The notes: generated by a model not told the origin, from the sequence alone. Shown: positions 19,521 through 30,259, counted from the first letter of the stretch. The stretch is DNA of 64,000 nucleotides from an uncultured Fibrobacteraceae bacterium (GCA_964461255.1 CAYWTR010000015.1:6983-70982); one strand, 5' to 3'. Translations and numbers: made by a program.

Positions 19521-22500
19521 TCATTTCACGAGCGTCATGCGCCGCTGGCGCAGCTCGTCGCCCGCCTGCAGCCGGTACAGATAGATCCCGCTGGCCACCC
19601 GGGCGCCGCCGTCGTCGCGGCCGTCCCACTGCGCGGAGTGCGCGCCGGCTGCCTGGGGACCGTCGAGCAACGTGCGCACCAGGCGTCCGCGCAGATCGTA
19701 GACGCGCAGGCTCACGGGCCCGTCGCGCGGCACCGTGTAGGCGATCGTGGTCGCCGGGTTGAAGGGGTTGGGGGCGTTCTGCGCCAGCGACAGCGCGCGC
19801 GCCGGCGGTCCGTCCGCGACGTCGGTCGGGCTGCCCACCTGGATCTCCAGGTTGTCGATGGCCCAACCCCAGCCGTTGACGGCGGCGTCGGCGTACAACC
19901 GGAAGCGCAGCAGGATCGTCTCGCGCCAGGCGAAAACATCGTGCAGGTCGAACTCATGCCGGCGCAGCAGCGAGCTGCTGCCGGGCGTGCCGCTGTTGAA
20001 GGCGCTCTCCCAGGCGGGATCGCGGCGGCTGTCGTAGCCGTCCGCCAGCGGCAGCCACGTCACGCCGTCGCGGCTGCCCTCGACGATCACGTAGTCCCAG
20101 AAGGCGTTGTCGCCGAAGACGGTGCCGGGGTCGCCCGGCTCGACCAGCACGACCTCGTCGAAGGCCACGAAGGCGTTGGCCTGCGCCACCTGGATCGGCA
20201 CGGTGAGCATGCAGATCAGGGTGGCGTTGTTGGGGTAGTTGTGCGTGGAGTGGATGGCCCCGCCAGTGAAACCGGGGTAGCCGCCGACGGTGAAGCCGTT
20301 GCCCACGAAATCGCCGCCGCCCTGTTCAAAGCTGTTGGCGTAGGCGAACACCGGCGCCTGGAACGGGTAGACGGCGATCGCGCGCGTGACCGAATCATAG
20401 GTCAGCCCGCCGCGGTGCGCCCGTGCGAACACGCTGCGCGTGCCGGCGCTGGCCACCGGCGCCTGCACCAGGGCGGGATCCTGGAAGCCGTTGGCCGGGA
20501 GCGTGGCCAGCGGCGCGCCGTCGACGTACACCACGGTCGAGTCGTACTCCGAGCGCAGGTTCAGCTCGATGCTGAGCATCCCGTCGGGTCCCTGGTAGAG
20601 ACGGTCGATCAGCGGCTTGAACGTCTTGCCCGCCACCAGCGAGGGGCGCTTGACGCTCCAGATCCCCTGGCCGTGGGTGCCCAGCACGACCTCGTCCTCG
20701 ACCTCGGTCATCGCCCAGATCGACACGCGGGGCAGCCCGTTGGCGGCCAGCGACCAGGTGGCGCCGCCGTCGAGCGACTCGACCAGGCCGATCTCGGTGC
20801 CGGCCCAGAGCTGGTCGGGGTTGTCCGAGAAGACCTGCAGGTCGTAGACCGCCACGTCGGGGAAGCCGTTGGTGCTCGCGCCGCCGCCCGCGAAGCCGGT
20901 CAGATCGGTCCAGGTCTGGCCCAGGTCCTTGGTGCGCAGGATCTTGGGCCGCTGGGCGAAGCTGAACAGCACGTAAGCGGTCTGCGGCTCGGTCGGATGC
21001 GTCGCCAGGCCCGAGATGCCGCCCATCGTCACGTCGGTGTAGTTGGGCACGGCCGTGAAGCCCAGGCCGCCGTTGGTCGAGACGTGGATGCGGGCGCTGC
21101 CGTCCATGCGCGAGCCGGCCCAGACGACGTTGGGGTCGGCGCGCGAGATCTTGATGTCGAGGAAGCTGCTGATCGACCCCCAGGTGGCCTGCGGAATGGC
21201 GGTCAACGACCAGCTGCCGCCGAAGTCCGTCGACCGCCACACGCCGCTGCGGCCCACGGCGAACAGCAGGTTCGGAGATGCGTTGGTCTTGGCGATCTTG
21301 GTGATGAAGGGCGCGTTGGCGGAGCCGGTGTCGGTCAGGCCGCTGGTCGCGCTGACCCAGGTCGCGCCGCCGTCGAGCGACCGCCGCAGGCCGTTGTACT
21401 GGAAGCCGCCGATCATGCGCAGCGGGTCGTCGAAGTGCCACGAGGTCTCGTAGCCGTCGCCGCCGATGGCGAAGGTCCACGGGGTCAGACGATCGGGCGC
21501 GATCGGCGAGAACCAGGTGCCGTTGTCCTGCATGCCGCCGAAGTAGGCGCTGGCGCCGGGCCGCTTGTCCACGCCGTAGAACTGGGTGGTGGTCATGCCA
21601 TCGATCGGCGCGCTCCAGTTGGCGGCCATGCCGCCCGAAAGCCCCACGCCTCCATCGTTGGTGTTGAGCAGCCGCCACGCGCCGCCGCCATCCTGCAGGA
21701 CGACCAGGCCGTGATGGTCAACGTGCACCGGCCCGGTGCTCAGCCGCGCCGTGACTCGGCTGGTGCCGCTGAGCGTGATCTGCCACAGGTAGATGCCGCC
21801 CACGTACACGATGTTCACATCCGTGGGATGGCAGACGATGGTGTTGTCGTACCATCCCTGCGCGCCCAGCCAGTTGGGCTCGGTCCCGGATTCGAAGGTC
21901 TCGGACCAGCTGGCGCCGCCGTTGGTCGAGATCCACAGCTCCGAATGGCTGGCGCCCTCGGCCGACGCGTACAGGCGGTTGGAGTTGACCGGCGAAACCG
22001 CCAGCTCGAACCGCCCCGTGAAATCGGTGATGCCGTTGTTGATCCAGCTCCAGCTGTCGCCCGCGTTGGTCGACTTCAGGATGCCCGCCTCGTCGACGGT
22101 GGCGTAGAGCACGTTGAAATTGGTGGGATCGGCCACCAGCTGCTGCAGCTTCTTGACCCGCCCGAAGGTGCCGATGTCGGTGACCGCCAGCACCTCGGTC
22201 CAGTTCAGGCCGCCGTCGATCGACTTGAAGATGCTCGAGCGCGGCAGCACCGACTCCTTGTACCGCCCCACGGTGGTGGCGGCCAGGACGATGTCCTCGT
22301 CGGCGGGGTCGACCAGCAGGCGCGCCACGTTGTTGAAGGCAGGGTTGTCGATCGTCGCCGGCAGGTGCGTCCAGGTCTGTCCGCGGTCGGTGGTCTTGAG
22401 GATGCCGTTGCCGTTGATGGTGTCGATGTTGTAGAAGCTCTCGCCGGTGCCGGCGTAGATCACATCCGGGTTGCTCGCCGCCATGGCCAGCGACTGGACC

Positions 22501-23048
22501 GACAGCACCGGGAAATCGGGGGTCAGCTCGACCCAGGTGGCGCCGGCGTCGGCGGTCTTCCACACGCCGCCGCCTGCGGTCCCGATGTACCAGGTGCCGT
22601 TGGTCGGATCGCCGGGGTCGACCACGATGGCGCGCGCGCGGCCCGCCACGTTGCCCGGACCGCGCTTCTCCCACGCCAGCGCCGTCGCCGGCGCCTTGGC
22701 CAGCCGCCGCGCCTCCGCCAGCTCGCGCACGCGGTAGCCGGCCTCGTATTCGGCCTCGCGCCGGTCGGCGGGGATGCGCATCTCGTTCAGGATGCGGGCG
22801 AACTGGTCGGGTTCTTCGAACGCGGGCCGGCCGGAGCGCCAGCGCTCCAGGCGGGCCAGGCGCCTTTCGGCCTTGAACCGTTCCGAGGAGCCGGGCTGGG
22901 CATGATCGCGCACGCGCTCCAACCGAGCCATTTCCCCGGCGACGGGATCGGCCGGGGTTTTAAGACCAGGGCCGAGCTGCACGGCCAGCAGAACACCCAA
23001 TACCAGGCCGGCGGCGGCCAGCCATCCGAATCTGAACTTGTTTCGCAT
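19521..23048 (-). CDS. Secreted BNR/Asp-box repeat beta-propeller protein (sortilin/VPS10- or GH74-like) with T9SS-type C-terminal sorting domain
   Basis: Signal peptide MRNKFRFGWLAAAGLVLGVLLA. Multiple SxDxGxTW repeats (TADAGATWVEL, SIDGGLNWTEV, STNAGDSWSWI, STNGGASWSET, SLDGGATW). C-terminus has NPFNPATTIAY...GIYLYRL...RRMTLVK. Confidence 0.7.
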   Translation of the reverse strand: MRNKFRFGWLAAAGLVLGVLLAVQLGPGLKTPADPVAGEMARLERVRDHAQPGSSERFKAERRLARLERWRSGRPAFEEPDQFARILNEMRIPADRREAEYEAGYRVRELAEARRLAKAPATALAWEKRGPGNVAGRARAIVVDPGDPTNGTWYIGTAGGGVWKTADAGATWVELTPDFPVLSVQSLAMAASNPDVIYAGTGESFYNIDTINGNGILKTTDRGQTWTHLPATIDNPAFNNVARLLVDPADEDIVLAATTVGRYKESVLPRSSIFKSIDGGLNWTEVLAVTDIGTFGRVKKLQQLVADPTNFNVLYATVDEAGILKSTNAGDSWSWINNGITDFTGRFELAVSPVNSNRLYASAEGASHSELWISTNGGASWSETFESGTEPNWLGAQGWYDNTIVCHPTDVNIVYVGGIYLWQITLSGTSRVTARLSTGPVHVDHHGLVVLQDGGGAWRLLNTNDGGVGLSGGMAANWSAPIDGMTTTQFYGVDKRPGASAYFGGMQDNGTWFSPIAPDRLTPWTFAIGGDGYETSWHFDDPLRMIGGFQYNGLRRSLDGGATWVSATSGLTDTGSANAPFITKIAKTNASPNLLFAVGRSGVWRSTDFGGSWSLTAIPQATWGSISSFLDIKISRADPNVVWAGSRMDGSARIHVSTNGGLGFTAVPNYTDVTMGGISGLATHPTEPQTAYVLFSFAQRPKILRTKDLGQTWTDLTGFAGGGASTNGFPDVAVYDLQVFSDNPDQLWAGTEIGLVESLDGGATWSLAANGLPRVSIWAMTEVEDEVVLGTHGQGIWSVKRPSLVAGKTFKPLIDRLYQGPDGMLSIELNLRSEYDSTVVYVDGAPLATLPANGFQDPALVQAPVASAGTRSVFARAHRGGLTYDSVTRAIAVYPFQAPVFAYANSFEQGGGDFVGNGFTVGGYPGFTGGAIHSTHNYPNNATLICMLTVPIQVAQANAFVAFDEVVLVEPGDPGTVFGDNAFWDYVIVEGSRDGVTWLPLADGYDSRRDPAWESAFNSGTPGSSSLLRRHEFDLHDVFAWRETILLRFRLYADAAVNGWGWAIDNLEIQVGSPTDVADGPPARALSLAQNAPNPFNPATTIAYTVPRDGPVSLRVYDLRGRLVRTLLDGPQAAGAHSAQWDGRDDGGARVASGIYLYRLQAGDELRQRRMTLVK

Positions 23049-23502
23049 GGAGCATCCCCAAGGTTGGCGGCGGAACGGGGTAGAGTTGGGCCCGGCGATG
23101 GTCTTGACGGCCACCGCCGGCGGCTCCAACGCACGGGCCTCACATCATTATAAATGAGCGCGGGCATGGCCGGCAACAGGCCGTGCTCAACAATTCTGCC
23201 ATAATATCAAATGCGGGCGGCCGCGAGCCCAGCGCGCCGGCTATGAGGATCTCGATGGACCGGAGCCGAAGCGGCGCCAGCCTGTTTGCTATCTGGTTCC
23301 TGCACGCTCGCTCGCGCATTGTCCCCGCCCGCCTGCTCCCAACACGTGCCTGCACAGGGCATCGCTCTGCCACACATGGCTCTGCCGCGTCTTGACACCG
23401 CCTCCCAACTGGGCGATGCTTTGATCGGTTTCCGCACAAAGAAAGCGCCCGGCAGGCATCGTGACGCCGTCCTGCCCGGAACACCTGTCGAAGGAGGCGG
23501 AC

Positions 23503-24888
23503 GTGATCCCTCCCAGGAATTCGTTTCAGGTCCTGATGGCGCTTCTTCTGACCGCGCTCGCCCTGCTCGGCTCGGGCTGCAGCGGTCGGGATCCCGCCGG
23601 CCTGGACATGGCGCGCGCGCCGATCGATCCGGTGGTCTTCGACGACGCCTACGGGCCTGACGTCTATTTCCAGGCCTTTGCGGGCACGGATCCCTATGCG
23701 GTGAGCTTCGATTCGGTCTTCGCGCGCGGCGGCGCGAAGTCGCTCAAGATCGCGGTTCCCCCGGAGGGTTCGAACCTGGGCGGCTATGCCGGCGGGGTGC
23801 TGACGTCGGTGGGCTGCCGCGACATCGCCGATTTCAACGCGCTCACGTTCTACGCGCGCTCCAGCATCCCGTCCGCGCTGGACGTCGTCGGCTTCGGCAA
23901 CGACAACACGGGCCGCTCGCTGCACGAGGCCGGCCGCGGGCAAGTGCCCTTGACGACCGCCTGGTCGTTCGTCGTCGTGCCCATCCCCTCGCCTGCGAAG
24001 CTGATTTGCGAGCGCGGGCTGTTCACCTTCGCCGAAGGCCGCGAAACCGGCCGTCCCGAGGGCCACCATGTGTGGATCGACGACATCCGCTACGCCAGGA
24101 TCGAGAGCATCACCAACCCGCGCCCCGTCATGCCGACCGTGCGCAAGCAGTACTTCATCGGCGCGAGCGTCAACCTGTCGGGCACGGCCACGACGTTCAA
24201 CGTTTCCGGTGCCGATGTCGTGGTCAATCACGACCCGGGCTACTTCGACTTCCGCTCCTCTGACCCGTCGGTCGCCATCGTGCAGAGGGGGGCGGTCAGG
24301 GTCGTCGGCGCGGGCGAGGCGGTGATCTCGGCCACGCTGGATGGGATCGACGTCGCCGGCGCGGCGACCGTGAGCGGATTCACCCCGCCGTCCGCGCCCG
24401 CTCCGCGGCCCACCGTGGCCGCCGCCGATGCCATCTCGCTGTTCAGCGACGTCTACCGCGACGTCACGGTCGACAGCTTCAATCCCCGCTGGCAGTACTC
24501 GACGACCGAGGACGCCCGCTACTGGGTCGACGGCGATGAAACCATCATGTACTCGTTCCTCAACTTCGTGGGCATCGACTTCCGCGCCCACACCCTCGAC
24601 GTCAGGGAGATGACGCACTTCCATCTGGATGTCTTCGCCCCCGTGGGGACCAATTTCCGGGTCAAGCTCGTGGCCTTCAACACCGTCAACGGCTACATCA
24701 CCGCGCAATCGGAGCTGACCTTCGACGCGGCCACCACGCCCGCCTTCGCGGCGGGCGCCTGGTCGTCCCTGGAGATCCCCATGGCGGATTTTCAGTTCAC
24801 CGTCCCTCTGGACCACGTCGGCCAGGTCGTGCTCAGCACCAGCGACGCCCAGCTCGTGCTGGTGGACAACCTGTACTGGCACCGGTAG
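23503..24888 (+). CDS. Lipoprotein with Big_2-like Ig domain; first gene of the beta-glucan locus
   Basis: GTG start with AAGGAGG RBS. Lipobox LLGSGCSG. Big_2-like segment (VAIVQRGAVRVVGAGEAVISATLDGID). Confidence 0.5.
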   Translation: MIPPRNSFQVLMALLLTALALLGSGCSGRDPAGLDMARAPIDPVVFDDAYGPDVYFQAFAGTDPYAVSFDSVFARGGAKSLKIAVPPEGSNLGGYAGGVLTSVGCRDIADFNALTFYARSSIPSALDVVGFGNDNTGRSLHEAGRGQVPLTTAWSFVVVPIPSPAKLICERGLFTFAEGRETGRPEGHHVWIDDIRYARIESITNPRPVMPTVRKQYFIGASVNLSGTATTFNVSGADVVVNHDPGYFDFRSSDPSVAIVQRGAVRVVGAGEAVISATLDGIDVAGAATVSGFTPPSAPAPRPTVAAADAISLFSDVYRDVTVDSFNPRWQYSTTEDARYWVDGDETIMYSFLNFVGIDFRAHTLDVREMTHFHLDVFAPVGTNFRVKLVAFNTVNGYITAQSELTFDAATTPAFAAGAWSSLEIPMADFQFTVPLDHVGQVVLSTSDAQLVLVDNLYWHR

Positions 24889-24934
24889 GATGCCGCATTC
24901 GGCGCAGCGCCGTCATCGCGAGGGAACGGATGGG

Positions 24935-26206
24935 ATGAACAACGGCAACCTGCATTGGAAAGGGCTGCGGCGCACCGATCCGGACCGCCCCCGGCCCCTG
25001 GCGGACGCGGTCCTGCGCCTGATCTGGCAGCAGAGACAGATCTCCCGCGCCGACATCGCGCGGCTGGCCGGCCTGTCGCGCTCCACCGTGTCCGAGATCG
25101 TCAGCGAGATCCTTCCGCTGGGCGTCGTCGTCGAGGTCGGCGAGGGCCCGTCCCAGGGCGGCCGCCGCCCCATCGTGCTCGAGTTCCGGGACGACGCCTG
25201 CGTCGTCCTCGGCGTCGAGATGGGCGCCACGCACGTGGTGGTCGTCATGACCGACCTGCGCGGCCGCGTCCTCGCCTGGGAATCCCGGGATCATCCGGTC
25301 CGCGTCGATCCCCACGGCACGCGCCGGCTCGTGGAGGAGATCTGCCGCCGGTGCCTGGCCTCGCCGGAGGCGCAGGGCCGCCCTCTGGTCGGCATGGGCG
25401 TCGCCGTGCCCAGCCCGTTGCACCCCTCCCAGCCCGACCGGCTGTCCGAGATCGTGCTGCCCGCGTGGCAAGGGCGGCTCGGTTTCGGGGAGCTGTCCGA
25501 GCGGCTGGGCGCGCCCTTGATGGTCGACAATGACGCCAATCTGGGGGCCCTGGCCGAGCAGTGGTGGGGCGCGGGGCGTGGCGTCGACGACCTCGCCTAC
25601 ATCAAGGTCGCCACCGGCATCGGCTCCGGACACGTGATCGGGGGCGAGATCTACCGTGGCGCCACCGGCACCGCCGGGGAAATCGGGCACATCTCGATCG
25701 ATCCCCAGGGCAGGCGGTGCATCTGCGGCTTGCAGGGGTGCCTGGTCACGCTGGTGGGCGCGCAGGCGCTCGTCGAGCGCGCCCGCGAGCTCGGCTCCGA
25801 GTTCCCGAGCAGTCCCCTGGCCGGCCGGGAGAACACGATACGCGATCTCGAGGACGCGGCCCTGGCCGGCGACCCTCTGGCGCTGCGGGTGGCCAAGGAG
25901 GCGGCGGAACACCTGGGGCGGGCCGTCGCCGGCCTGATGAACCTGATGAACCCCAGACTGGTGATCGTGGGCGGCGACCTCGGCCGGCTCGGCGACATCC
26001 TGATCGAACCTCTGCGCGAGACCGTCCGCAACCGCACGCTGGTCAGCTCTCTCGCGGCCGCGCAGATCCAGACCAGCGAGCTGGGACCGCTGGCGGTGGC
26101 CATCGGCGCCGCCACCCTGGTGCTGAAGGCGGCGCTCGAGGACTCCAGCCTGTTCCCCCTCGTCGCCTGCGAGGGCCGCGGCGCCCGGCCCAGCCCCGTC
26201 GCATGA
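24935..26206 (+). CDS. ROK-family transcriptional regulator (NagC/XylR-like)
   Basis: N-terminal HTH (ISRADIARLAGLSRSTVSEIVSEIL). ROK sugar-kinase-like fold with DNDANLGALAE and Cys motif CICGLQGCL. Confidence 0.8.
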   Translation: MNNGNLHWKGLRRTDPDRPRPLADAVLRLIWQQRQISRADIARLAGLSRSTVSEIVSEILPLGVVVEVGEGPSQGGRRPIVLEFRDDACVVLGVEMGATHVVVVMTDLRGRVLAWESRDHPVRVDPHGTRRLVEEICRRCLASPEAQGRPLVGMGVAVPSPLHPSQPDRLSEIVLPAWQGRLGFGELSERLGAPLMVDNDANLGALAEQWWGAGRGVDDLAYIKVATGIGSGHVIGGEIYRGATGTAGEIGHISIDPQGRRCICGLQGCLVTLVGAQALVERARELGSEFPSSPLAGRENTIRDLEDAALAGDPLALRVAKEAAEHLGRAVAGLMNLMNPRLVIVGGDLGRLGDILIEPLRETVRNRTLVSSLAAAQIQTSELGPLAVAIGAATLVLKAALEDSSLFPLVACEGRGARPSPVA

Positions 26207-27012
26207 GGCTGGTGCGCGCCGGGATCGCTGTTCTCCTGCTCTGCGTCGGGATGGCGGGCTGCGGCGAGGACGGGCAGCCGGGGGCTTACGGCTTGACCTG
26301 GCAGGATGATTTCGAGGGGCCGGCGGGCCACCCGCCCGATCCCGCGAAGTGGCGGTTCGATATCGGCACGGACTGGGGCAACGGCCAGCTGGAGTACGAC
26401 ACCGATCGTCCCCAGAACGTGAGCCTGGACGGCGCCGGCTGCCTCGCCATCACGGCGCGCGCCGAGGACTTCGGGGGGCGGTCCTACACGTCGGGCCGCA
26501 TCAAGACCGAGGGACTGTTCGCGCAGACCCGGGGACGCTTCGAGGCTCGCATCAAGCTGCCGACCGGGCGAGGTCTCTGGCCCGCCTTCTGGCTGCTCGG
26601 CGCCGACTTCGGCGCCGTCGGCTGGCCCGAGTGCGGCGAGATCGACATCATGGAGTACCGCGGGCAGGATCCCCGGACCATCCACGGCAGCCTGCACGGG
26701 CCGGGGTACTCCGGCGGCGCGGCCATCACCGGCCAGCACACCCTGGCGCAGGGCGGCTTCAACCTCGGCTTCCACACCTTCGCCGTGGAGTGGACCGAGG
26801 CCGCCATCACCTGGTTCGTCGACGGCTACGTTTACCAGACGGTGCGCCCGGCCGACCTGCCGGCCGGCGCGCGGTGGGTCTTCGATCGCCCGTTCTTCAT
26901 CCTGCTCAACCTGGCCGTGGGGGGACGGTGGGTCGGACCACCCGATCAGACCACGGCCCTTCCGCAGACCATGCTCGTCGACTGGGTCCGCGTTTACGGC
27001 GAGCTGCCTTGA
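26203..27012 (+). CDS. Glycoside hydrolase family 16 (laminarinase/beta-1,3-glucanase type), lipoprotein
   Basis: Catalytic motif GEIDIMEY (ExDxxE). Lipobox LLLCVGMAGCG. The start overlaps the ROK stop (ATGA). Confidence 0.8.
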   Translation: MRLVRAGIAVLLLCVGMAGCGEDGQPGAYGLTWQDDFEGPAGHPPDPAKWRFDIGTDWGNGQLEYDTDRPQNVSLDGAGCLAITARAEDFGGRSYTSGRIKTEGLFAQTRGRFEARIKLPTGRGLWPAFWLLGADFGAVGWPECGEIDIMEYRGQDPRTIHGSLHGPGYSGGAAITGQHTLAQGGFNLGFHTFAVEWTEAAITWFVDGYVYQTVRPADLPAGARWVFDRPFFILLNLAVGGRWVGPPDQTTALPQTMLVDWVRVYGELP

Positions 27013-27064
27013 GCGCGGACCCGACCGCAGGAGCCGGGTCCTCGCGCGCGGCGGCCCAGCGTCG

Positions 27065-30000
27065 TCAGATGGCCAGGTGCAGGTAGGTCCTGATCTCCCA
27101 TTCCCGCCCCTCGGGCAGACCCTCCGGATACAGCTCACCTTCGGCGGGCGCGGGCACGCCAGGCGGCCGGTACCGATTGGAGTGCCTGTCCAGTGTGCGG
27201 TAGGCGAAGCGGACGCCGACGCGCGTCTGCGGTAGGTCGAACCAGCGGGGCCTGCCCAAGGTGTAGGACACGTCGGCCATGGCCTGCAAGGGGTACGTCA
27301 GATTGAAATCGCGATGGTAATCGTAGGGGCCGTAGTCGTTGAACTTCAGGAAACCGGCCACGGCCACCGCGGGCCAGACGATGCGGCTGTCCCAGCCGAA
27401 ACGGCGGACCAGGCGCGTGTCGGCGCCGTTGGGCTCGGCCGTGCCCAGATAGAGGTGGCTGATCATGCGCGCTCGGTCGGTCAGCCGGTTGACCACGCGC
27501 CACTTCATCTCCCACAGGTCGCGAGCCGGGGTGCCGCCCGGGAAGGGGTACACCTGCCCTTCCGCGGAGATGAAAAGGCCCGCGTCGGCGGTGGTCTTGT
27601 GGCGCATGAACTTGAGGTCCGCGCTGAAGGCCAGACGGGCGTCCTCGCGGACGTCGCTGTCCCAGGCCCACATCCACGTGGCTGGCGTCGGATCATAGGT
27701 CACCATGATCTCGGCCGCTGTGGTCTCGCGATTGCCGCGCACCGCGAACGGATCGTCCAGGATGTTGCGCGGCCGGCCGGCCGTGCCCTCCAGCAGCTCG
27801 GGGCGGGGCATGGGCCCGACGATCGGTTTCTGCCACAGGACATTGGGTCCGACCTGCCAGTTGCCCAGCGTGACGGCCACGCCGCTCAGGGCGTTGACCT
27901 GGTTGCCCGATCCGCTGTCCTTCAGCTCCCAGCCGGTGAAGGTGGGAATGGCGGTCGGGCCGGCCTCGGCCACAAGGCCCATGTAGGCGCCCTGTCCGTA
28001 CCAGTTCCACCGCCCCGCTTGCCAGGTCAGCTTGCCCCGGAAGCCGAACGTGTCCTCGTCCTTGATCACATCCTGGCGGACGTCGGCGGGCGACAGCGGG
28101 ATCTCGGCCTTGAGGCGGTCTTCGTCTACCAGTTGGAAAGTCTCGCCGACGCGCGGACGTCCCGACCACAGCACGCCCCCCTCGAACCCGAACGGCCCCA
28201 GCGGCGCCTGCATCTGCAGCGACGCCTTGCGGGTCGACCGCACCGGGATCGCCACGGAACTGCTGAACCGGGTCTGCTGGGCGAAATCCTCCTGGAACAT
28301 GCCCGTCCAGTCGATGCCGCGCCAGGACCGGCTGTACTTGAGGAAGAGCGCGGGATTGGCCCCCCACCAGAGCTGGGGGCCTATGGCGACCTTCAGGCCG
28401 TGCAAGGCCTTCTTGCCGGCCATCTCGAAGCCCACCGGCGCCTCGCCGTTGTAGATGTCGACGTTCTCGCCGTAGTAGGCGTCGCGATAGAGCCCGAAGA
28501 AATCCCCCTCGTACTGCCAGTGCAGGTGGCCGGCGCGGTAGAACCCCTCGAGGTTGAACCAGTGGTCGTTCCAGGAAATCGACGACTGGTACACCTTCAC
28601 CCGCTCCAGCGACTCGATCTCGATGGGGTCGCCGTCGCTCCCCTCGGCCAGGCGCGGGCGGCCCCGGTTCTCGTAGAAGATCTCGTCCAGCGGATTGCGG
28701 GGCACGTGGCCCAGCACGTTCACGGAAAGCCGCGCGATGACGGCTTCGCTGGGCTTGGCCTCGAAATCGGCGTAGAACGACTGTCCGTGATCGAATCCTC
28801 GGTACGAGGGGAAGCCGGCCTGCGGCGTCTCCGCGGGCGGCGTGCTGATGTTCTTGCCGCCCGTGCTGTAGGTCTCGTACTCGAGCCGCAGCCCGGCCAA
28901 CCGCACCTTGCTCAGCGTTTCCGTCCTCAGACTGGCGGCGTCGCCGCGGGCCGCGAGCACGCCGCTCATCGGCGTGATGCGGTCGAAGTGCGCGCGGATA
29001 GCGTCGATGCCGGTGCCCGCGCCGTAAGGATCCAGGAGGAACGCCTCGCGCAGGGCGTAGTAGGCGGCGCGAGGGTAGACATGATAGAGGCCGCGGGAAT
29101 CGGAGAATCCCTTGGCGGTGATGCCCCACCACTCCTCGTTCATGTTGTTCTGGCCCTCGACGTAGTCCTCGGGATAGCCGGCGTTGGGCCACGAGGCGTT
29201 GGTGTCGTGGATGTCGAGGCGGCTCTCCTGTCCGAACTTCCACCACCCGTCGCTCCACTGGAAGATCAGGCCGCCGATCGCGTTGCCCACCCGGCCCTTG
29301 CCGGCCGATTGCTCGTAGATCTCGCGCCACTGGCCGATCAGGTAGCGCGCCTGCGTCGCCTGGTCCTCCTGCATGGTCCGGGCGTTGAACGCGTCCGCGC
29401 CGAACTCGGTGAACATCACGGGCACGCCGAGCTTGTCGTGCACGACCTGGAACAGGTCGCGCGCCGAGATGCCGCGGTAGACGTTCGTTCCGAACACATC
29501 CAGACCCGCGCACTCCTCGGCGATCAGATCGATGTACTGCACGTCGCCGTTGGCGATGGCCACCGGCCGGCGGGAATCGCGCTGTTTGATCTCGGCGATG
29601 ATCTCGCCGAAGAGCGAATAGAGGAATCGCGCCCGCGCCGCGTCGCGCTCGCCCTCGGGCAGCGCCTCGATCTCGAACGACTTCCAGGACAGGCCGTAGT
29701 TGTTCTCGTTGCCCAGCAGCCACATCAACACGCCCGGCGTGTCCCGGTAGCGCTCGACCACCTCCACCAGTTCGGCCCTGAGCAACCGCCGCACGCGGGG
29801 ATCGCTGTAGTCGGTCAGGGGGTGCCAGATCCCATCGATCGTCAGCCCGTAGCGGCCCACGAAGTGGTTGATCACCGAGTGGATGCCATAGCGGCGGTAG
29901 ATGTACTCCACCCAGCGCGGCGGCACGTCCGCGCCCTGGCGGATCGTGTTGACGCCCAGGGTCCTGAGCAGCGACATGTCCCGGTCGAGAGCATCCTTGA

Positions 30001-30259
30001 CGACGTCGTCCGGTTGCGCCCACAGGCTGTAGGTGTAGTTCTGCCCGATCGGCATGTAGTCCCAGTTCATGCCCAGGACCATGAAATCGCGGCCGTCCAC
30101 TTGCAGGCGCGACCCGCTCGCATCGGTCACCACCTCGATTCTCTGCCGCTCGCCTCCCTCCTGGGCCCGGGCCCCGATCGGCAGCGAGACCAGGAGCAGG
30201 ACCCACGCGAGGGTGGCCCAACCACCGTGCCGACGGCTGACATCACGCTTCGTGCACAC
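27065..30259 (-). CDS. Secreted clan GH-A (GH2-like TIM barrel) glycoside hydrolase fused to a large Trp-rich C-terminal beta-domain
   Basis: VLMWLLGNENNYG (acid/base NE) and VMFTEFGAD (nucleophile) resemble GH2 beta-glucuronidase motifs. GTG start at 30259 has an AAGGAG RBS and is followed by a signal peptide. Confidence 0.55.
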   Translation of the reverse strand: MCTKRDVSRRHGGWATLAWVLLLVSLPIGARAQEGGERQRIEVVTDASGSRLQVDGRDFMVLGMNWDYMPIGQNYTYSLWAQPDDVVKDALDRDMSLLRTLGVNTIRQGADVPPRWVEYIYRRYGIHSVINHFVGRYGLTIDGIWHPLTDYSDPRVRRLLRAELVEVVERYRDTPGVLMWLLGNENNYGLSWKSFEIEALPEGERDAARARFLYSLFGEIIAEIKQRDSRRPVAIANGDVQYIDLIAEECAGLDVFGTNVYRGISARDLFQVVHDKLGVPVMFTEFGADAFNARTMQEDQATQARYLIGQWREIYEQSAGKGRVGNAIGGLIFQWSDGWWKFGQESRLDIHDTNASWPNAGYPEDYVEGQNNMNEEWWGITAKGFSDSRGLYHVYPRAAYYALREAFLLDPYGAGTGIDAIRAHFDRITPMSGVLAARGDAASLRTETLSKVRLAGLRLEYETYSTGGKNISTPPAETPQAGFPSYRGFDHGQSFYADFEAKPSEAVIARLSVNVLGHVPRNPLDEIFYENRGRPRLAEGSDGDPIEIESLERVKVYQSSISWNDHWFNLEGFYRAGHLHWQYEGDFFGLYRDAYYGENVDIYNGEAPVGFEMAGKKALHGLKVAIGPQLWWGANPALFLKYSRSWRGIDWTGMFQEDFAQQTRFSSSVAIPVRSTRKASLQMQAPLGPFGFEGGVLWSGRPRVGETFQLVDEDRLKAEIPLSPADVRQDVIKDEDTFGFRGKLTWQAGRWNWYGQGAYMGLVAEAGPTAIPTFTGWELKDSGSGNQVNALSGVAVTLGNWQVGPNVLWQKPIVGPMPRPELLEGTAGRPRNILDDPFAVRGNRETTAAEIMVTYDPTPATWMWAWDSDVREDARLAFSADLKFMRHKTTADAGLFISAEGQVYPFPGGTPARDLWEMKWRVVNRLTDRARMISHLYLGTAEPNGADTRLVRRFGWDSRIVWPAVAVAGFLKFNDYGPYDYHRDFNLTYPLQAMADVSYTLGRPRWFDLPQTRVGVRFAYRTLDRHSNRYRPPGVPAPAEGELYPEGLPEGREWEIRTYLHLAI

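Noticed and set aside
19662-19679. sigma-54-like element TGGTGC-N5-TTGC on the minus strand, about 160 nt upstream of the aldo/keto reductase start
   Set aside because: The -24 box deviates (TGGTGC versus TGGCAC) and it lies inside the 3-prime end of the upstream coding sequence. This is too weak to call without a PWM score or transcription start data.
19638-23153. 1171-aa plus-strand ORF opposite the BNR-repeat gene
   Set aside because: It has no domain signal and extreme Arg/Gly/Ala composition. The minus-strand frame has clear Asp-box repeats, a signal peptide and a T9SS domain.
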